DNA of 64,000 nt from an uncultured delta proteobacterium (GCA_963840855.1 CAWJBB010000079.1:64001-128000), one strand, 5' to 3'; positions 20,948-31,510 are shown, counted from the stretch's first letter. Notes: a model not told the origin generated them from the sequence alone. Numbers and translations: made by a program.

Positions 20948-21934
20948 TCACTTACCTTCTCTCAGATCGCTGACCGCTTTTCGGGCGAAGCTGAAATCGG
21001 CAATCTCTGAGCTTGCGACCTGCCGAGAAGTTTTTAGCGTTTCTTGCGCATTGGCGATAAACTCCTGGATTGCCTCATCGGATACAAGGCCGTTATCGGA
21101 AAACAACTTGACCGCTTCCTCATGGATCAATCCGGCCACCACCGGGTCATGGACGCCGGACTCCTTTGCCAGGAGTTTCATGAACTCGCCTTTGTTCTCC
21201 TTTAAAAAACGGTTGGCGATGAGCGCCGCCTTTATGCTCCGCAGCATCAAGTCCGGATCGCCGCGGATTTTTTGCACCGTGGTAACGAGCCCGCCCTGAG
21301 GCGTTTTTATTATTTCTCGCAAGTGAACGAGTTCCCTAAAGCCCATCTTGACCGCCATCTTGTTGTAGGGCATCGACATTACCGTGCCATCAATTTGTCC
21401 GGCTTGAAGGGCGCTCAGCCGCAGGGGATGATTGCCGAATAAAGCTCGCAGTTTCACATCCACCTCGGGCGCCAGGCCATACTTCTTAAGCACCAGCCGC
21501 GTGCCTACGTCGGTGAACTCCCCCACTCCAGAGGTTGCCAATGTTTTTCCTTTAAGATCTTCCATGCGGCGGATTTCGGGCCGCACGACGAGGGAAAAAT
21601 CCGGGCCGACAGTCAGCGACATAACGATACGGAGAGGGAGTCCACTCACACTGGCACGGGCCGCGGACGCCAGGACGGTTGAATAATCCAGATCTCCCGC
21701 CATCAACGTTTGCAGCGAGACGCTCGGCCGCATGACGATCAGTTCCGCATCCAATCCCTGGGCATGAAAGAAGCCGTAGCGCTGAGCGGCCATCAAACCG
21801 AGATTGGGAACGCCGCGATTGGGCATGCCTATGCGAATTTTCTTGAGCGATGTAATCTCCTGTCCCCATGTGGGATGAGAAAACCCAGCCAGCAAAACGA
21901 TCAGGGCGCTCACAACCAAATTGTTTTGGCTCAT
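20948..21934 (-). CDS. ABC transporter substrate-binding protein (NitT/TauT/NMT1-like), orphan
   Basis: Signal peptide from MSQNN, GFFHAQGLD, LMAGDLDY, DLKGK. Confidence 0.85.
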   Translation of the reverse strand: MSQNNLVVSALIVLLAGFSHPTWGQEITSLKKIRIGMPNRGVPNLGLMAAQRYGFFHAQGLDAELIVMRPSVSLQTLMAGDLDYSTVLASAARASVSGLPLRIVMSLTVGPDFSLVVRPEIRRMEDLKGKTLATSGVGEFTDVGTRLVLKKYGLAPEVDVKLRALFGNHPLRLSALQAGQIDGTVMSMPYNKMAVKMGFRELVHLREIIKTPQGGLVTTVQKIRGDPDLMLRSIKAALIANRFLKENKGEFMKLLAKESGVHDPVVAGLIHEEAVKLFSDNGLVSDEAIQEFIANAQETLKTSRQVASSEIADFSFARKAVSDLREGK

Positions 21935-22040
21935 GATTTTGCCTATTAGCGCAAGCGGCAAGACTTTTCCACAGTGGTGTCTTACATTGACTAGCCAAAT
22001 GCCTGGTGCTAACCTCCCGCGCATTGGAAGGGGTGCGAAT

Positions 22041-22826
22041 ATGCAATCACAAATTCGTTATCTTGCCCTCGTCAGTGAACAGCCGGACGCCCTGGCGCGT
22101 TTCTACTCAAAGTACTTTTCCATGCAGCAGCTCGGCCGTTCCTATACCGGGGATATCGCTCTCACCGACGGCTTTTACAACATCTCCATACTCAAACCGC
22201 GAGACGGCGCGAGGGAATTGGGCATTAGCCACTTCGGGATCACCATCGACAGTATTGACGAGATCATTGCCCGGCTCAAAAGATTCGCTCCCGGAACAGA
22301 GATTCGCCCGGAAGAGGGCGGTCTGTGGCACGGCGACTATCGCGTAACCGATCCGTTCGGCCAAATCGTCAGCCTTTCTACTCATGAATTTCACACGCCC
22401 CGCGCCGAGCGCGCGTTTCCGTGCATCCGCCACATCGCCATGTGCGTTCCGAACAACGACGAGGTGCTCGATTTTTATGTCAACGTCTTTGGCTTTCGGG
22501 AATCGTCCACCAGCAAAAGAATACGAGCGGAAAACCGGGTGGTGCGCTGGGCCGCGGACGGCGAGACGGCGATGGCTATCCTGCCGGATCGCCACCACCG
22601 AGATATGAATGAACGGGAGAGCCCGCGGGACGGCCTCAACCACTTCGGTTGGCTTGTCACCGGCATGGAGCGCTTTTTGGACTCTCTGCCCGAAGGCTGC
22701 ATCAGCAAGCGGCCAAGCAGCCGGCCCATGGCGGAATACCGAGGCTTCGATCCAGACAGAAACCCCTTCGACATCTCACAGGACAAGGGTTACGAGATCG
22801 ACGTGGACCGCTGGGTACACGGCTAG
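22041..22826 (+). CDS. VOC family protein, two domains
   Basis: IRYLAL, GISHFGI, TDPFG; IRHIAM, GLNHFGW, FDPDRN; paralogue of 20055. Confidence 0.85.
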   Translation: MQSQIRYLALVSEQPDALARFYSKYFSMQQLGRSYTGDIALTDGFYNISILKPRDGARELGISHFGITIDSIDEIIARLKRFAPGTEIRPEEGGLWHGDYRVTDPFGQIVSLSTHEFHTPRAERAFPCIRHIAMCVPNNDEVLDFYVNVFGFRESSTSKRIRAENRVVRWAADGETAMAILPDRHHRDMNERESPRDGLNHFGWLVTGMERFLDSLPEGCISKRPSSRPMAEYRGFDPDRNPFDISQDKGYEIDVDRWVHG

Positions 22827-23018
22827 TTGCATTCTGCGGCGGAATTTTCTCGTCCTATCTGTTATCAACTGGCAGGGTGCTGAAAACCCGCCGTGCAACT
22901 TCGGTGACCACCCTAGAGTCAGTTCCACGTCTTATTACCGCCCGAATCAACTCTTCACAGGTTGAACGGCAAGCGCATTATCGAGTAGTGTTTGTTATTG
23001 AGAAAAGGGAGGTGACCT

Positions 23019-23855
23019 ATGCCTTTAGCAAAAGTCCGCGGTGTCAACATCAACTACAAAATCATCGGCAACAACGGGCCCTGGGTGGCGCTTTCTCCCG
23101 GCGGCCGGCGCGATATCAGCGGCATCGAGCTGCTCGCCCGCAAAGTTAGCGAGACGGGCTACCGCGTGGTGGTCTTCGATCGGCGCAACTGCGGCGCGTC
23201 CGACGTCGTCATCGATGGCGAGGACTCGGAATATGAGATCTGGGCTGACGATGTTCACGAGTTGCTCCGTCAACTCGGCGCTCTTCCCGCTTTCATCGGC
23301 GGCAGTTCCTCCGGCTGCCGAACCGCCCTGCTGTTCGCGTTGCGCCATCCCGACGCAGTCCGCGCCCTGCTTCTTTGGCGCGTCACCGGCGGCCGCTTTG
23401 CGTGCGAGCGGCTGGCGCAAGAGTACTACGGCCAGTTCATCGAAGCGGCCAGGCAGGGCGGCATGGCCGCGGTTTGCGAGATGGAGCACTGGAAAGAACG
23501 AATCGCCGCTCGCCCTGAGAACCGCGAGGCATTGATGAAAATGGAACCGGCGCGATTCATCGAGGTCATGTCGCGCTGGCGTGAATATTTTCTGCGGGGC
23601 GCGGACCTTCCGGTCATCGGCGCGACCGAGGCCGAGTTAAAGTCGATCAGGGTTCCAGCCTGCATCATTCCGGGCAACGACCTGACCCACGGCCGTCAAA
23701 CCGGCGAGAACCTCGGCCGGCTCCTGCAAAAAAGCGAGGTGCATGTCTTGTTCCCCAAGCACTACGACGAAGCCCTTGGCCCAAGAGAAGAATGGGACGA
23801 AAAAGCGGGGGAAATGGCGGCACTCTTCGCCGATTTCATGAAACGAGCCAGTTAG
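23019..23855 (+). CDS. alpha/beta fold hydrolase
   Basis: DRRNCGAS, nucleophile elbow GGSSSG, IIPGND..H; GGGAGG RBS. Confidence 0.85.
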   Translation: MPLAKVRGVNINYKIIGNNGPWVALSPGGRRDISGIELLARKVSETGYRVVVFDRRNCGASDVVIDGEDSEYEIWADDVHELLRQLGALPAFIGGSSSGCRTALLFALRHPDAVRALLLWRVTGGRFACERLAQEYYGQFIEAARQGGMAAVCEMEHWKERIAARPENREALMKMEPARFIEVMSRWREYFLRGADLPVIGATEAELKSIRVPACIIPGNDLTHGRQTGENLGRLLQKSEVHVLFPKHYDEALGPREEWDEKAGEMAALFADFMKRAS

Positions 23856-23923
23856 AGAGTAGAAATTGTTGGGTGATCAAATTTTTAGAACAAGAGCAAT
23901 CGGATATGAATCATTATCCGTCA

Positions 23924-23952
23924 TTGACATAACGGTTCGGGCTTGTTAGACG
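23924..23952 (+). promoter_or_regulatory. possible sigma70 promoter giving a leaderless transcript
   Basis: TTGACA 23924-23929, 17 bp spacer, TG-n-TAGACG ending 6 nt before ATG 23959; no Shine-Dalgarno sequence. Confidence 0.35.
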
Positions 23953-23958
23953 CAAATC

Positions 23959-24282
23959 ATGAGACGGGTTACCATCAGCCTCGCTTTATTGATTTTCTTT
24001 TCATTTTCGTCTCTTGCCAGCGTGGAGCAGCTTGCACCTAGTCTTGAGGGCGAGTCTCAAGCGTCTCTCTGGACTGATGAGAAAGACCTTTCCTCAGAGA
24101 CCAATCGTGGCCGGCGCGTCCTGAAGCGTTCCCAAAGAGCCAAATCTTCACTCAAGAGCTTGCCCGCCGTGGACAAACCGGCGCATGCGCTTTCTCTTAT
24201 CGTCCGGATGGGAGAAGCATCGTTCGTTCCTCATTCTTCCAAGTCGAGAGTTTATCAGCAGATAAACGTCTACAGAATTTAG
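23959..24282 (+). CDS. small hypothetical protein with signal peptide (candidate leader peptide)
   Basis: MRRVTISLALLIFFSFSSLA leader, hydrophilic linker, C-terminus VYQQINVYRI. Confidence 0.6.
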   Translation: MRRVTISLALLIFFSFSSLASVEQLAPSLEGESQASLWTDEKDLSSETNRGRRVLKRSQRAKSSLKSLPAVDKPAHALSLIVRMGEASFVPHSSKSRVYQQINVYRI

Positions 24283-24462
24283 CCCTTTCATCAAGAATTC
24301 GGCCGTTTGGGGTTACACGCGTCCTGGCTCAGCCTGGACGATGGGCTCCCAAGAGGCCGGGTAACTCGCCCGTTCTTTTACCGGATCCGTTCTTGGCTGC
24401 GTGCGGAAGTTCCGCGTAACGTCGGAACTCAACCTACGCAAATTTAATGACAGGATCGAGCT

Positions 24463-24828
24463 ATGGAGACCATGGCGCCATTCAAGTTATGGATCTGCTT
24501 GGCCGCTATTGGCTGTGTGCTTGGCACCGTGAGCACTTTATCCATCCAAGCGCGCCCTTCAGCAAGCAATGCGATCATAGCGATCCGCGTCGCCCACCTG
24601 GAGCTGTTTTGGGCGAAAATCGCCTTTCGTGATCCCGCTGTCCATGAAGCCGAGTTTCATCTAGACGAGGCCTGGTCGACACTGAGAGATCGGCAATATG
24701 AGCAGTCCGTTTTCGCTGCATACGAAGCACTTCAAAGGGTCAGGGATATAAAGGGCGGAGTTCCCTCGCTCTACAGCAGTCACTGGGAGAGAAAGCAGAG
24801 CGAGCCTGGAAACCCGCCGGAATCGTAA
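24463..24828 (+). CDS. hypothetical protein with N-terminal hydrophobic segment
   Basis: 121 aa ORF co-oriented with the P-type ATPase; helical pattern EAEFHLDEAWSTL..YEQSVFAAYEAL. Confidence 0.55.
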   Translation: METMAPFKLWICLAAIGCVLGTVSTLSIQARPSASNAIIAIRVAHLELFWAKIAFRDPAVHEAEFHLDEAWSTLRDRQYEQSVFAAYEALQRVRDIKGGVPSLYSSHWERKQSEPGNPPES

Positions 24829-24895
24829 TACGGGTGTTCAAGTGGAATGAAAGCACAAATTGTGAGGCCTTTAAAAATCTAAATACGGGGGATCT

Positions 24896-27614
24896 ATGGC
24901 AGACATACAATGGCACTCGACGCAGGTTGATTCGATCCTCGGGCAACTGGGTACGGATCCTCAGCAAGGCTTAACCGTAGAGGAGGCTCGACGGCGCCTC
25001 CAGGTATACGGTTACAACGAACTGAAAAAGGAAGCGAAGACTTCTCCTTTCCTCCTTTTCATCAATCAGTTCAAGAACACTCTAATTATTATTTTGGCGG
25101 TTGCCACGATCCTATCAGCGATCATCGGGGACCTGCTCGACGCCGGCATTATCCTGGCGATCATCGTCTTCTGCGCTCTGTTGGGATTTGTCCAGGAGTA
25201 TCGCGCTGAGCGCGCGCTGGATGCCTTGAAGAAAATGCTGACTCCAACGATTACGGCGCTGAGAGGAGGGCGGGAAGAGGAAATTCCGTCAAAGGAACTG
25301 GTCCCTGGCGATATCATCGTCCTCGAGGCCGGAGATAAGATACCCGCCGACGGGCGCTTGATCGAAGTTCACTCACTGCAGTGCGACGAGGCTCCGCTGA
25401 CCGGGGAGTCCTTTCCCGTGGAGAAAGAGCTCAAAGTTTTGCCCGAAGCGGTACCGGTAGGCGATAGAAAAAATATGGTGTTCACGGGTACTGCCGTCAG
25501 CTACGGCAGAGGTAAGGCGGTGGTGACGGATACCGGATTCAAAACCGAGTTCGGCAAGATCGCCACCGAATTGGCGACCGTTTCGCAGGAGAAAACGCCT
25601 CTGGAAAAACGCACGGAAGAGATCGGCAAATGGCTTGGAATCATTGCCGTGAGCGCGTGTGCTTTGGTCGTCATAACCAGCATCGTCCGAGAAGCCATCG
25701 GCGGAACCTTGGATCTGCAATTCATTTTAATGATGCTGCTGTTCGCAATTGCTCTTGCAGTAGCCGCAGTTCCCGAAGCGCTCGCCGCCATCGTGACGGG
25801 CGCCTTGGCCATAGGCATGCACGAAATGGCAAAGCGCAATGCGCTCGTAAGAAAAATGCCGGCGGTGGAAACTCTGGGTTGCACGACGGTTATCTGTTCC
25901 GATAAGACCGGAACCTTAACCAAGGGAGAGATGACCGTGCGCCGGGTATTTGGGGGAGGCAAGTCCGTAGAGGTGAGCGGCGTCGGTTACGCGCCCGAAG
26001 GCGGCTTAACTCCCGCTTCTAACAATCCATCTCTGAACCTGCTTTTTAGAGGCGGAATCCTGTGCAACGACTCCACACTTTTGGAAGAGGGAGGCAAGTG
26101 GTCCATCAAAGGCGATCCCACCGAGGGCGCCCTCCTGGTCCTTGGAGCCAAGGCGGGGCTGGGAAGGAACGAAACCAGAGAACAATCACCCAGGATCGAG
26201 GAATTTCCGTTCAGCTCGGACAGAAAAAGAATGACCACGATCCACAGGATCGAGGACGGCAAGCGCAGGGCCTTTGTGAAGGGAGCCCCGGAAGTGATCC
26301 TCGATCGATGTTCCTCTCTCTTAAACGGAGATGAGATAACGGCGTTGGACGACGGCGAACGTAAAAAGATCCTTTCAGCAAACGAGGAAATGGCTAGCGA
26401 CGCCTTGAGGGTTCTCGCCATAGCCTACAGAGACCTTCCCGAGGCGGATGAGTATAACGAGGAGCTCGCTGAAAAAGACCTCGTGTTTCTAGGCCTGATC
26501 GGCATGATGGATCCGCCCAGAGAGGAGGCCGTCGAGGCGGTGCGGGTTTGTCGCCAGGTGGCAATCAAGCCCATCATGATCACCGGTGACCACAAACTCA
26601 CCGCCGTCGCCGTAGCCAAGGAACTTGGAATTCACCGCGAAGGCGACCTCGTATTTACCGGAGAAGACCTGAGTAACATCGACGATAAGGAATTCGAGCG
26701 CGTTGTCGATAAAATTACCGTCTACGCCAGGGTCTCACCGCTCGATAAGCTCAAGATCGTCAAGGCGTGGAAGAACCGGGGCGAAGTCGTTGCCATGACA
26801 GGCGACGGTGTCAACGATGCCCCAGCCTTGAAACACGCCGACATCGGCATAGCGATGGGCATCACCGGCACCGAGGTGGCTAAAGAGGCAGCGGATATCG
26901 TTTTGAGCGATGATAATTTTGCCACCATCGTCCGTGCCATCGAGCGCGGCAGATGGATCTATGACAACATCAAAAAATATCTGACCTATCTCCTCAGAGC
27001 GAATATTACCGAAGTCGTGGTTTTGGGCGGCGTTGTCATGGTCATGGGCCCCGCGTACTTGCCGCTGCTTCCGGCGGCGATCCTGTATATCAACCTGGCC
27101 ACAGACGGGCTTCCAGCGCTCGCGCTGGGTGTCGCGCCTGCGGATCCGGATATCATGCAGAGACCTCCGCGCGATCCTCGCGAGAGCGTGTTTTCAAAGG
27201 ATATAAGAACGCTGATCCTGATGGCGGTCATAATCGAGTGCCCTATATTCCTGTGGATGTTCTTTCGATCCCAACCGGATATGGAACTTGCGAGGACTCA
27301 AATATTTTTCATGTTCGTTTTCATTGAGCTCATCATCGCCATTAACTTTCGCTCTTTGAGATACAGCCTTGTACAAGCGCCGCCGCACAAATGGCTGCTT
27401 GATCGCCATCGCCTGGGAACTGGCTCTGATAGTGGTGTTGATCCAATTTCCGGCGATGCGGAATGCCTTCGGGATCACCATGCCGTCGGCCTCCGACCTT
27501 GGGATGATCTTCGCCCTGGGCGTCGGTATCGTCATTGTGATCGAGGTGGCGAAGGCCGGTTTCAGAACGACGGCGCGCGGGCGCACTATGACGGCTTACG
27601 CGGAACGGGGGTAG
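24896..27614 (+). CDS. cation-translocating P-type ATPase (type II, Ca2+-like); frameshift near 27400
   Basis: TGES, VPEAL, DKTGTLT, KGAPE, TGDGVND, INLATDGLP; the last TM helices (IAIAWELALIVVLIQFP..) are in ORF 27369-27614. Confidence 0.92.
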
Positions 27615-27641
27615 GCAAACATCCCGTTCGTCGTAACGGCT

Positions 27642-27675
27642 GCGAAAATCACGCGCCTGGCCGCGTGATTTTCGC
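27642..27675. terminator. perfect 14-bp hairpin after the P-type ATPase
   Basis: GCGAAAATCACGCG-CCTGGC-CGCGTGATTTTCGC; no clear U-tract, so it may be a repeat element rather than a terminator. Confidence 0.5.
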
Positions 27676-27805
27676 GGTTCGTGTGTGAAAAACGAGCACG
27701 AGACACGAACGATCTCGCCATCTCCGCTGGCGTATCCCTCGCTTTTACGCTATTGCTCCGATCAAGCAAGAAGGATTCTTGAGAACGATGGTTCAAGGAG
27801 GGGCG

Positions 27806-28486
27806 ATGCTGGATCCCGTTGAATCGCTAAAAGAAAAAATAGTTTTGCTTTGTAAAGTGTTGCAGCACCAGGGCATCTTGGACGGCTATGGCCACGTCAC
27901 GGCCCGCTTGGCTGACGGACGAATTCTCAGCACGCCGCACATGCCGCCGGGCAAGGTCGCCATGCGTGACATCATCGTCATCGACGGGGAAGGACAAAAA
28001 CTGGAGGGTTTCGGCGAGCCCAACAGTGAAACGTCCATGCATACGTCGATTTACAAGGCCCGGCCCGACGTTCAATGCATCCTGCATTATCATCCGGACG
28101 AGCTTGTAGCCGTTGCCGCCGCCGGCCAAGGCATCAAGGTCATTGCCAATTGCGGCGTGGATTTTTATCGCGGCACGCCGATCTACGATTCTCCTCTATT
28201 GATCCGAACCGCGCAGTTGGGAGATCAAGTGGCTAAGATTCTCGGCGACCGCAACACGGTGCTATTGCGCGGCCATGGTGGAACCGTTGTGGCGAATGAC
28301 TTGGACACGCTGCTTCGCCTGGGAATCAATCTCGTGCGCTCGGCAAAAATCCAGATCATGGCGGCCACTTTGGGACCGCTAAAGACCCATACCCAGGAAG
28401 AGTGCGAGCAAATGGTCAAAGGCCATGACCGGCCTAACGCTAACCGACGCTACATCGATTACTACATCTCCGAAGTCGTCGACTAG
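27806..28486 (+). CDS. class II aldolase/adducin family protein
   Basis: GHVTAR, PNSETSMHTSIYKARPD, LHYH, LLRGHG; GGAGGGG RBS. Confidence 0.88.
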   Translation: MLDPVESLKEKIVLLCKVLQHQGILDGYGHVTARLADGRILSTPHMPPGKVAMRDIIVIDGEGQKLEGFGEPNSETSMHTSIYKARPDVQCILHYHPDELVAVAAAGQGIKVIANCGVDFYRGTPIYDSPLLIRTAQLGDQVAKILGDRNTVLLRGHGGTVVANDLDTLLRLGINLVRSAKIQIMAATLGPLKTHTQEECEQMVKGHDRPNANRRYIDYYISEVVD

Positions 28487-28490
28487 CTTA

Positions 28491-28652
28491 GCAGGCTGTT
28501 GAAAAAGACTCATATGCTTCGTTGCGCTCAACCGCCTCGCGAAAATCGTGATCGTGACTCGTGCTCGTGCTCGGCTCCGGACGAACACGAACAACGAACA
28601 CGAACCACGAAAACTGCGCGCCTCGCCTCTGAGATCTTTTTGAACCGCCTGC
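28491..28652. mobile_element. MITE-like element with 17-bp terminal inverted repeats and nested hexamer arrays
   Basis: GCAGGCTGTTGAAAAAG ... CTTTTTGAACCGCCTGC (15/17 match); internal TCGTGN and ACGAAC arrays at 28546-28610; similar left ends at 6843 and 22872. Confidence 0.65.
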
Positions 28653-28710
28653 CGGATAGCTTTTCATCAATCCTGGACCGCTTGGGTAATTATCCTTCGC
28701 GAGCTAATTT

Positions 28711-30150
28711 ATGAACAGCGATCAAAATAGCCAGACCACAACACCCGATGCATTGAAAACAACAGCGGCCGCCGCCGATTTCATCCAGAACGTCACTTAC
28801 AACGCGATCCCGGCCGATGCTCTGCGCATCGGCACGCGCTGTTTGCTCGATGGCCTGGGACTCTTCGTCGCGGGATCGGAAGAACATTCGGCGCAGATTC
28901 TGGCGCAAGAGGCGGAAGCAATGGGCGGCAAGGCGGAGGCGCTTTTGTTGGGACGAGGCAATATAAAAGTTCCCGCGCCCAGCGCGGCGCGTGTGCTCGG
29001 CACCGCGGGCCACGCCCATGATTGGGACGATAGTCAGGTGAGCAGAGACCCGGCGCATGTCTATGGTTTGCTCACCCATCCGACGATTCCGCCGCTCACA
29101 AGCGCGCTGGTGATGGCGCAGACGCTCGGCGGCGTTGGCGGCAAGACGTTCATGCTCGCGTTTCTCACCGGCTTCGAAGTGGAGTGCAAGATCTCCGAAT
29201 GGATGTCACCGCAGCATTATTTGCGCGGCATGCATTCAAGCGCCACGGTGGGAACCTTCGGCGCCTATGGAGCGGCGGCAAAGCTGCTGGGGCTGAAAGG
29301 GGACAAGCTGCGCGGCGGTTTCGGCATTGCGGCAAGTTTTGCCGCCGGCATTCGCTGCAACTTCGGCACCATGACCAAACCGCTTCACGTCGGACGCGCG
29401 GCGGAAAACGGCGTCACGGCCGCGCTGCTCGCAGAGCGCGGTTTCACCGCCGACCCGGATGCCTTGGACGGACCCTGGGGTTTTTACGCGGTGCAAGGGG
29501 GCGGTGTCAGCAAGGAGAAAATTGCCCAAGGCTTCGGCAAAACCTGGACGATCATCGATCCGGGTGTTTCGATCAAACCTTATCCCTGCGGCGTGCTCAC
29601 GCATCCAACTATCGACTTGATGCTCAAGCTCGTCACGGACAATGACGTGAAACCGGAGGACATCGAAGGGGTCAAAGTTTACGCTGGCACGAATATTCTA
29701 AACCCGATTCGCTATCCGGTGGCGGCGAATCATTTGCAAGCGAAGTTCTCGCTGCCGGCGGCCCTCGCCATGATCGCCCTGGCGCGCAAAGCGGGCAAAC
29801 GGGAATTCTCCGACGAGTTTGTCGGCTCGGCTGCCATGCAGGCCATGCAGCGGAAAATAACCGCTGAATTCGACCCCGAGATCGAAAAGATGGGCTTCGA
29901 CAAGATGCGCTCGCGCATCGCCATTCGCATCAAAGTCGGGAGCACGGTCGAAGGCTGGGCCGACGAGCGCTACCGCGGCGGACCGGATAACCCGATGAGC
30001 GATGCCGAACTGGAAGCCAAGGCGCGCTCCTGTTGCGAAGGCGTGCTGGATGAGAAAGCGACCGCAAGTTTAATTCGCGCCGCCTGGGGTGTTTCTCACT
30101 CGTCAGACGCGAGCGAGCTGATGAAGCTCATCAACGGCGTGAAGATATAA
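28711..30150 (+). CDS. MmgE/PrpD family protein
   Basis: AGHAHDWDD, THP, GMHSS, GTMTKPLHVG, KPYPCG..HP, QAKFS, RGGPDNP. Confidence 0.9.
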   Translation: MNSDQNSQTTTPDALKTTAAAADFIQNVTYNAIPADALRIGTRCLLDGLGLFVAGSEEHSAQILAQEAEAMGGKAEALLLGRGNIKVPAPSAARVLGTAGHAHDWDDSQVSRDPAHVYGLLTHPTIPPLTSALVMAQTLGGVGGKTFMLAFLTGFEVECKISEWMSPQHYLRGMHSSATVGTFGAYGAAAKLLGLKGDKLRGGFGIAASFAAGIRCNFGTMTKPLHVGRAAENGVTAALLAERGFTADPDALDGPWGFYAVQGGGVSKEKIAQGFGKTWTIIDPGVSIKPYPCGVLTHPTIDLMLKLVTDNDVKPEDIEGVKVYAGTNILNPIRYPVAANHLQAKFSLPAALAMIALARKAGKREFSDEFVGSAAMQAMQRKITAEFDPEIEKMGFDKMRSRIAIRIKVGSTVEGWADERYRGGPDNPMSDAELEAKARSCCEGVLDEKATASLIRAAWGVSHSSDASELMKLINGVKI

Positions 30151-30153
30151 ATT

Positions 30154-30329
30154 AGTCTCGTGTCTCAGAAATTCGGGGGCTAACTCAATGCCTCCCAGTC
30201 GGCATTCCCGCGGAAGCGGGGGGAATCCATAACATCCTAAAACTCCTGGATTCCGGCTCGCGCTAGCTATCGCCAGCTTGGCCGGAATGACGTCTAAATA
30301 AGTCTGCCCGATTTAAGAGACACCACACT
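30154..30329. mobile_element. MITE-like element enclosing a CGTC-type REP doublet
   Basis: Imperfect TIRs AGTCTCGTGTCTCAGAAATTCGG / CCGATTTAAGAGACACCACACT; inside, GGCATTCCCGCGGAAGCGGG..AATCCA ... TGGATTCCGGC..GCCGGAATGACG. Confidence 0.6.
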
Positions 30330-30460
30330 CGTACAGGGGTACAATAAACATACGCTTGGCAAGCGCTGCCGAAGTAAAGTAAATTCCCCCAGGAGGGCAT
30401 AATGAAAATTGCCGCTATTAAGTAATTCTCATCATAGTAGATTAATTTTTTGGAGGAATA

Positions 30461-31510
30461 ATGATCGACCGAAAACTCATCGCGCTGTCTGTTATCGCCT
30501 GCTCTCTCTACCTGCTCGGACTGCCGCCCCGCGCCACGGCTCAAGAGCCGTTCTACAAAGGCAAAACCATCCGCATTATCGTGGGCTTCACGCCCGGCGG
30601 TTTCTACGACCGCTGGGCCCGTCTGTATTCGCGCTACATGCCGAAATACATTCCCGGCAGCCCAGAATTCATCGTTCAGAATATGCCGGGCGCCGGTTCG
30701 CTTATAGCGGCGAATCACGTCTACAACGTAGCGAAGCCCGATGGCCTGAGCCTTGTCATGACCCACTACAATTTCTATATGGATCAGCTCGTGGAGCGCA
30801 AAGAAGTCCAGTTCGACGCGCGCAAGTTCGGCTGGATCGGTTCGCCGGTCAGCGAGACAGTTGTGATGTACATGCGCGCCGACGCACCGTACAAAACCAT
30901 TCACGATATGGTCAAGGCCAAGGAACCGGCCAAGTGCGGCTCCTCGGGAACGGCGAGCGGCGACTATATTTTATCGAAGCTTTTGGAAGAGGCCACCGGC
31001 GCGAAGATTCAAACCGTGCTGGGCTACCCTGGAGGCAGCGAGATTGACATGGCCGTCGAGAAAGGCGAAGTGGTCTGCCGCGCCCATAATATCTCCGCCC
31101 ATTTCGGCCGTGAACCCTTCGATACCTGGCACAAGAAGAATTTCGACCGGCACATCGTGCAAACAGGCAGCAAGCGCGACCCGCGAATGACTGACGTTCC
31201 CACCGTTAACGAACTCTTTGAACAGTATAAGACGCCCGACGTCACCCGCCGTGTCGCTCAAGTTCTACTGGCGGGTGGCGAGTTCGGCAGGCCGATACTT
31301 GTGACTCCAGGCACCCCACCGGACCGCATAAAGATCCTGCGCGCGGCCTACGCCAAGGCGCTGAAGGATCCGGAGCTCTTGCAGGAAGCGGAAAAAGGCA
31401 AGATGGACGTCGACCCATCGACTGGCGAGGAGCTGGAAGCCCTCATTAACAAGGTCATGAACCAGCCTAAAGAAGTGTTGGCGCGAGTGAAAAAGATGTT
31501 GGACGGCTGA
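30461..31510 (+). CDS. tripartite tricarboxylate transporter substrate-binding protein (Bug/TctC family), orphan
   Basis: FYKGKTIRIIVGFTPGG, VQNMPGAG, KPDG, GYPGG, PGTP. Confidence 0.9.
   Translation: MIDRKLIALSVIACSLYLLGLPPRATAQEPFYKGKTIRIIVGFTPGGFYDRWARLYSRYMPKYIPGSPEFIVQNMPGAGSLIAANHVYNVAKPDGLSLVMTHYNFYMDQLVERKEVQFDARKFGWIGSPVSETVVMYMRADAPYKTIHDMVKAKEPAKCGSSGTASGDYILSKLLEEATGAKIQTVLGYPGGSEIDMAVEKGEVVCRAHNISAHFGREPFDTWHKKNFDRHIVQTGSKRDPRMTDVPTVNELFEQYKTPDVTRRVAQVLLAGGEFGRPILVTPGTPPDRIKILRAAYAKALKDPELLQEAEKGKMDVDPSTGEELEALINKVMNQPKEVLARVKKMLDG

Noticed and set aside
24283-24460. c-di-AMP (ydaO) riboswitch upstream of the ATPase
   Set aside because: Only a TTTGGGG resembles it and the conserved CCGTCAGCTAAC 3' block is missing; kept only as an unnamed structured region.
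27615-27688. C-terminal extension of the 930-aa ATPase ORF
   Set aside because: Out-of-frame readthrough after the ~27400 indel; the hydrophobic C-terminus ends at 27614 and a hairpin follows.
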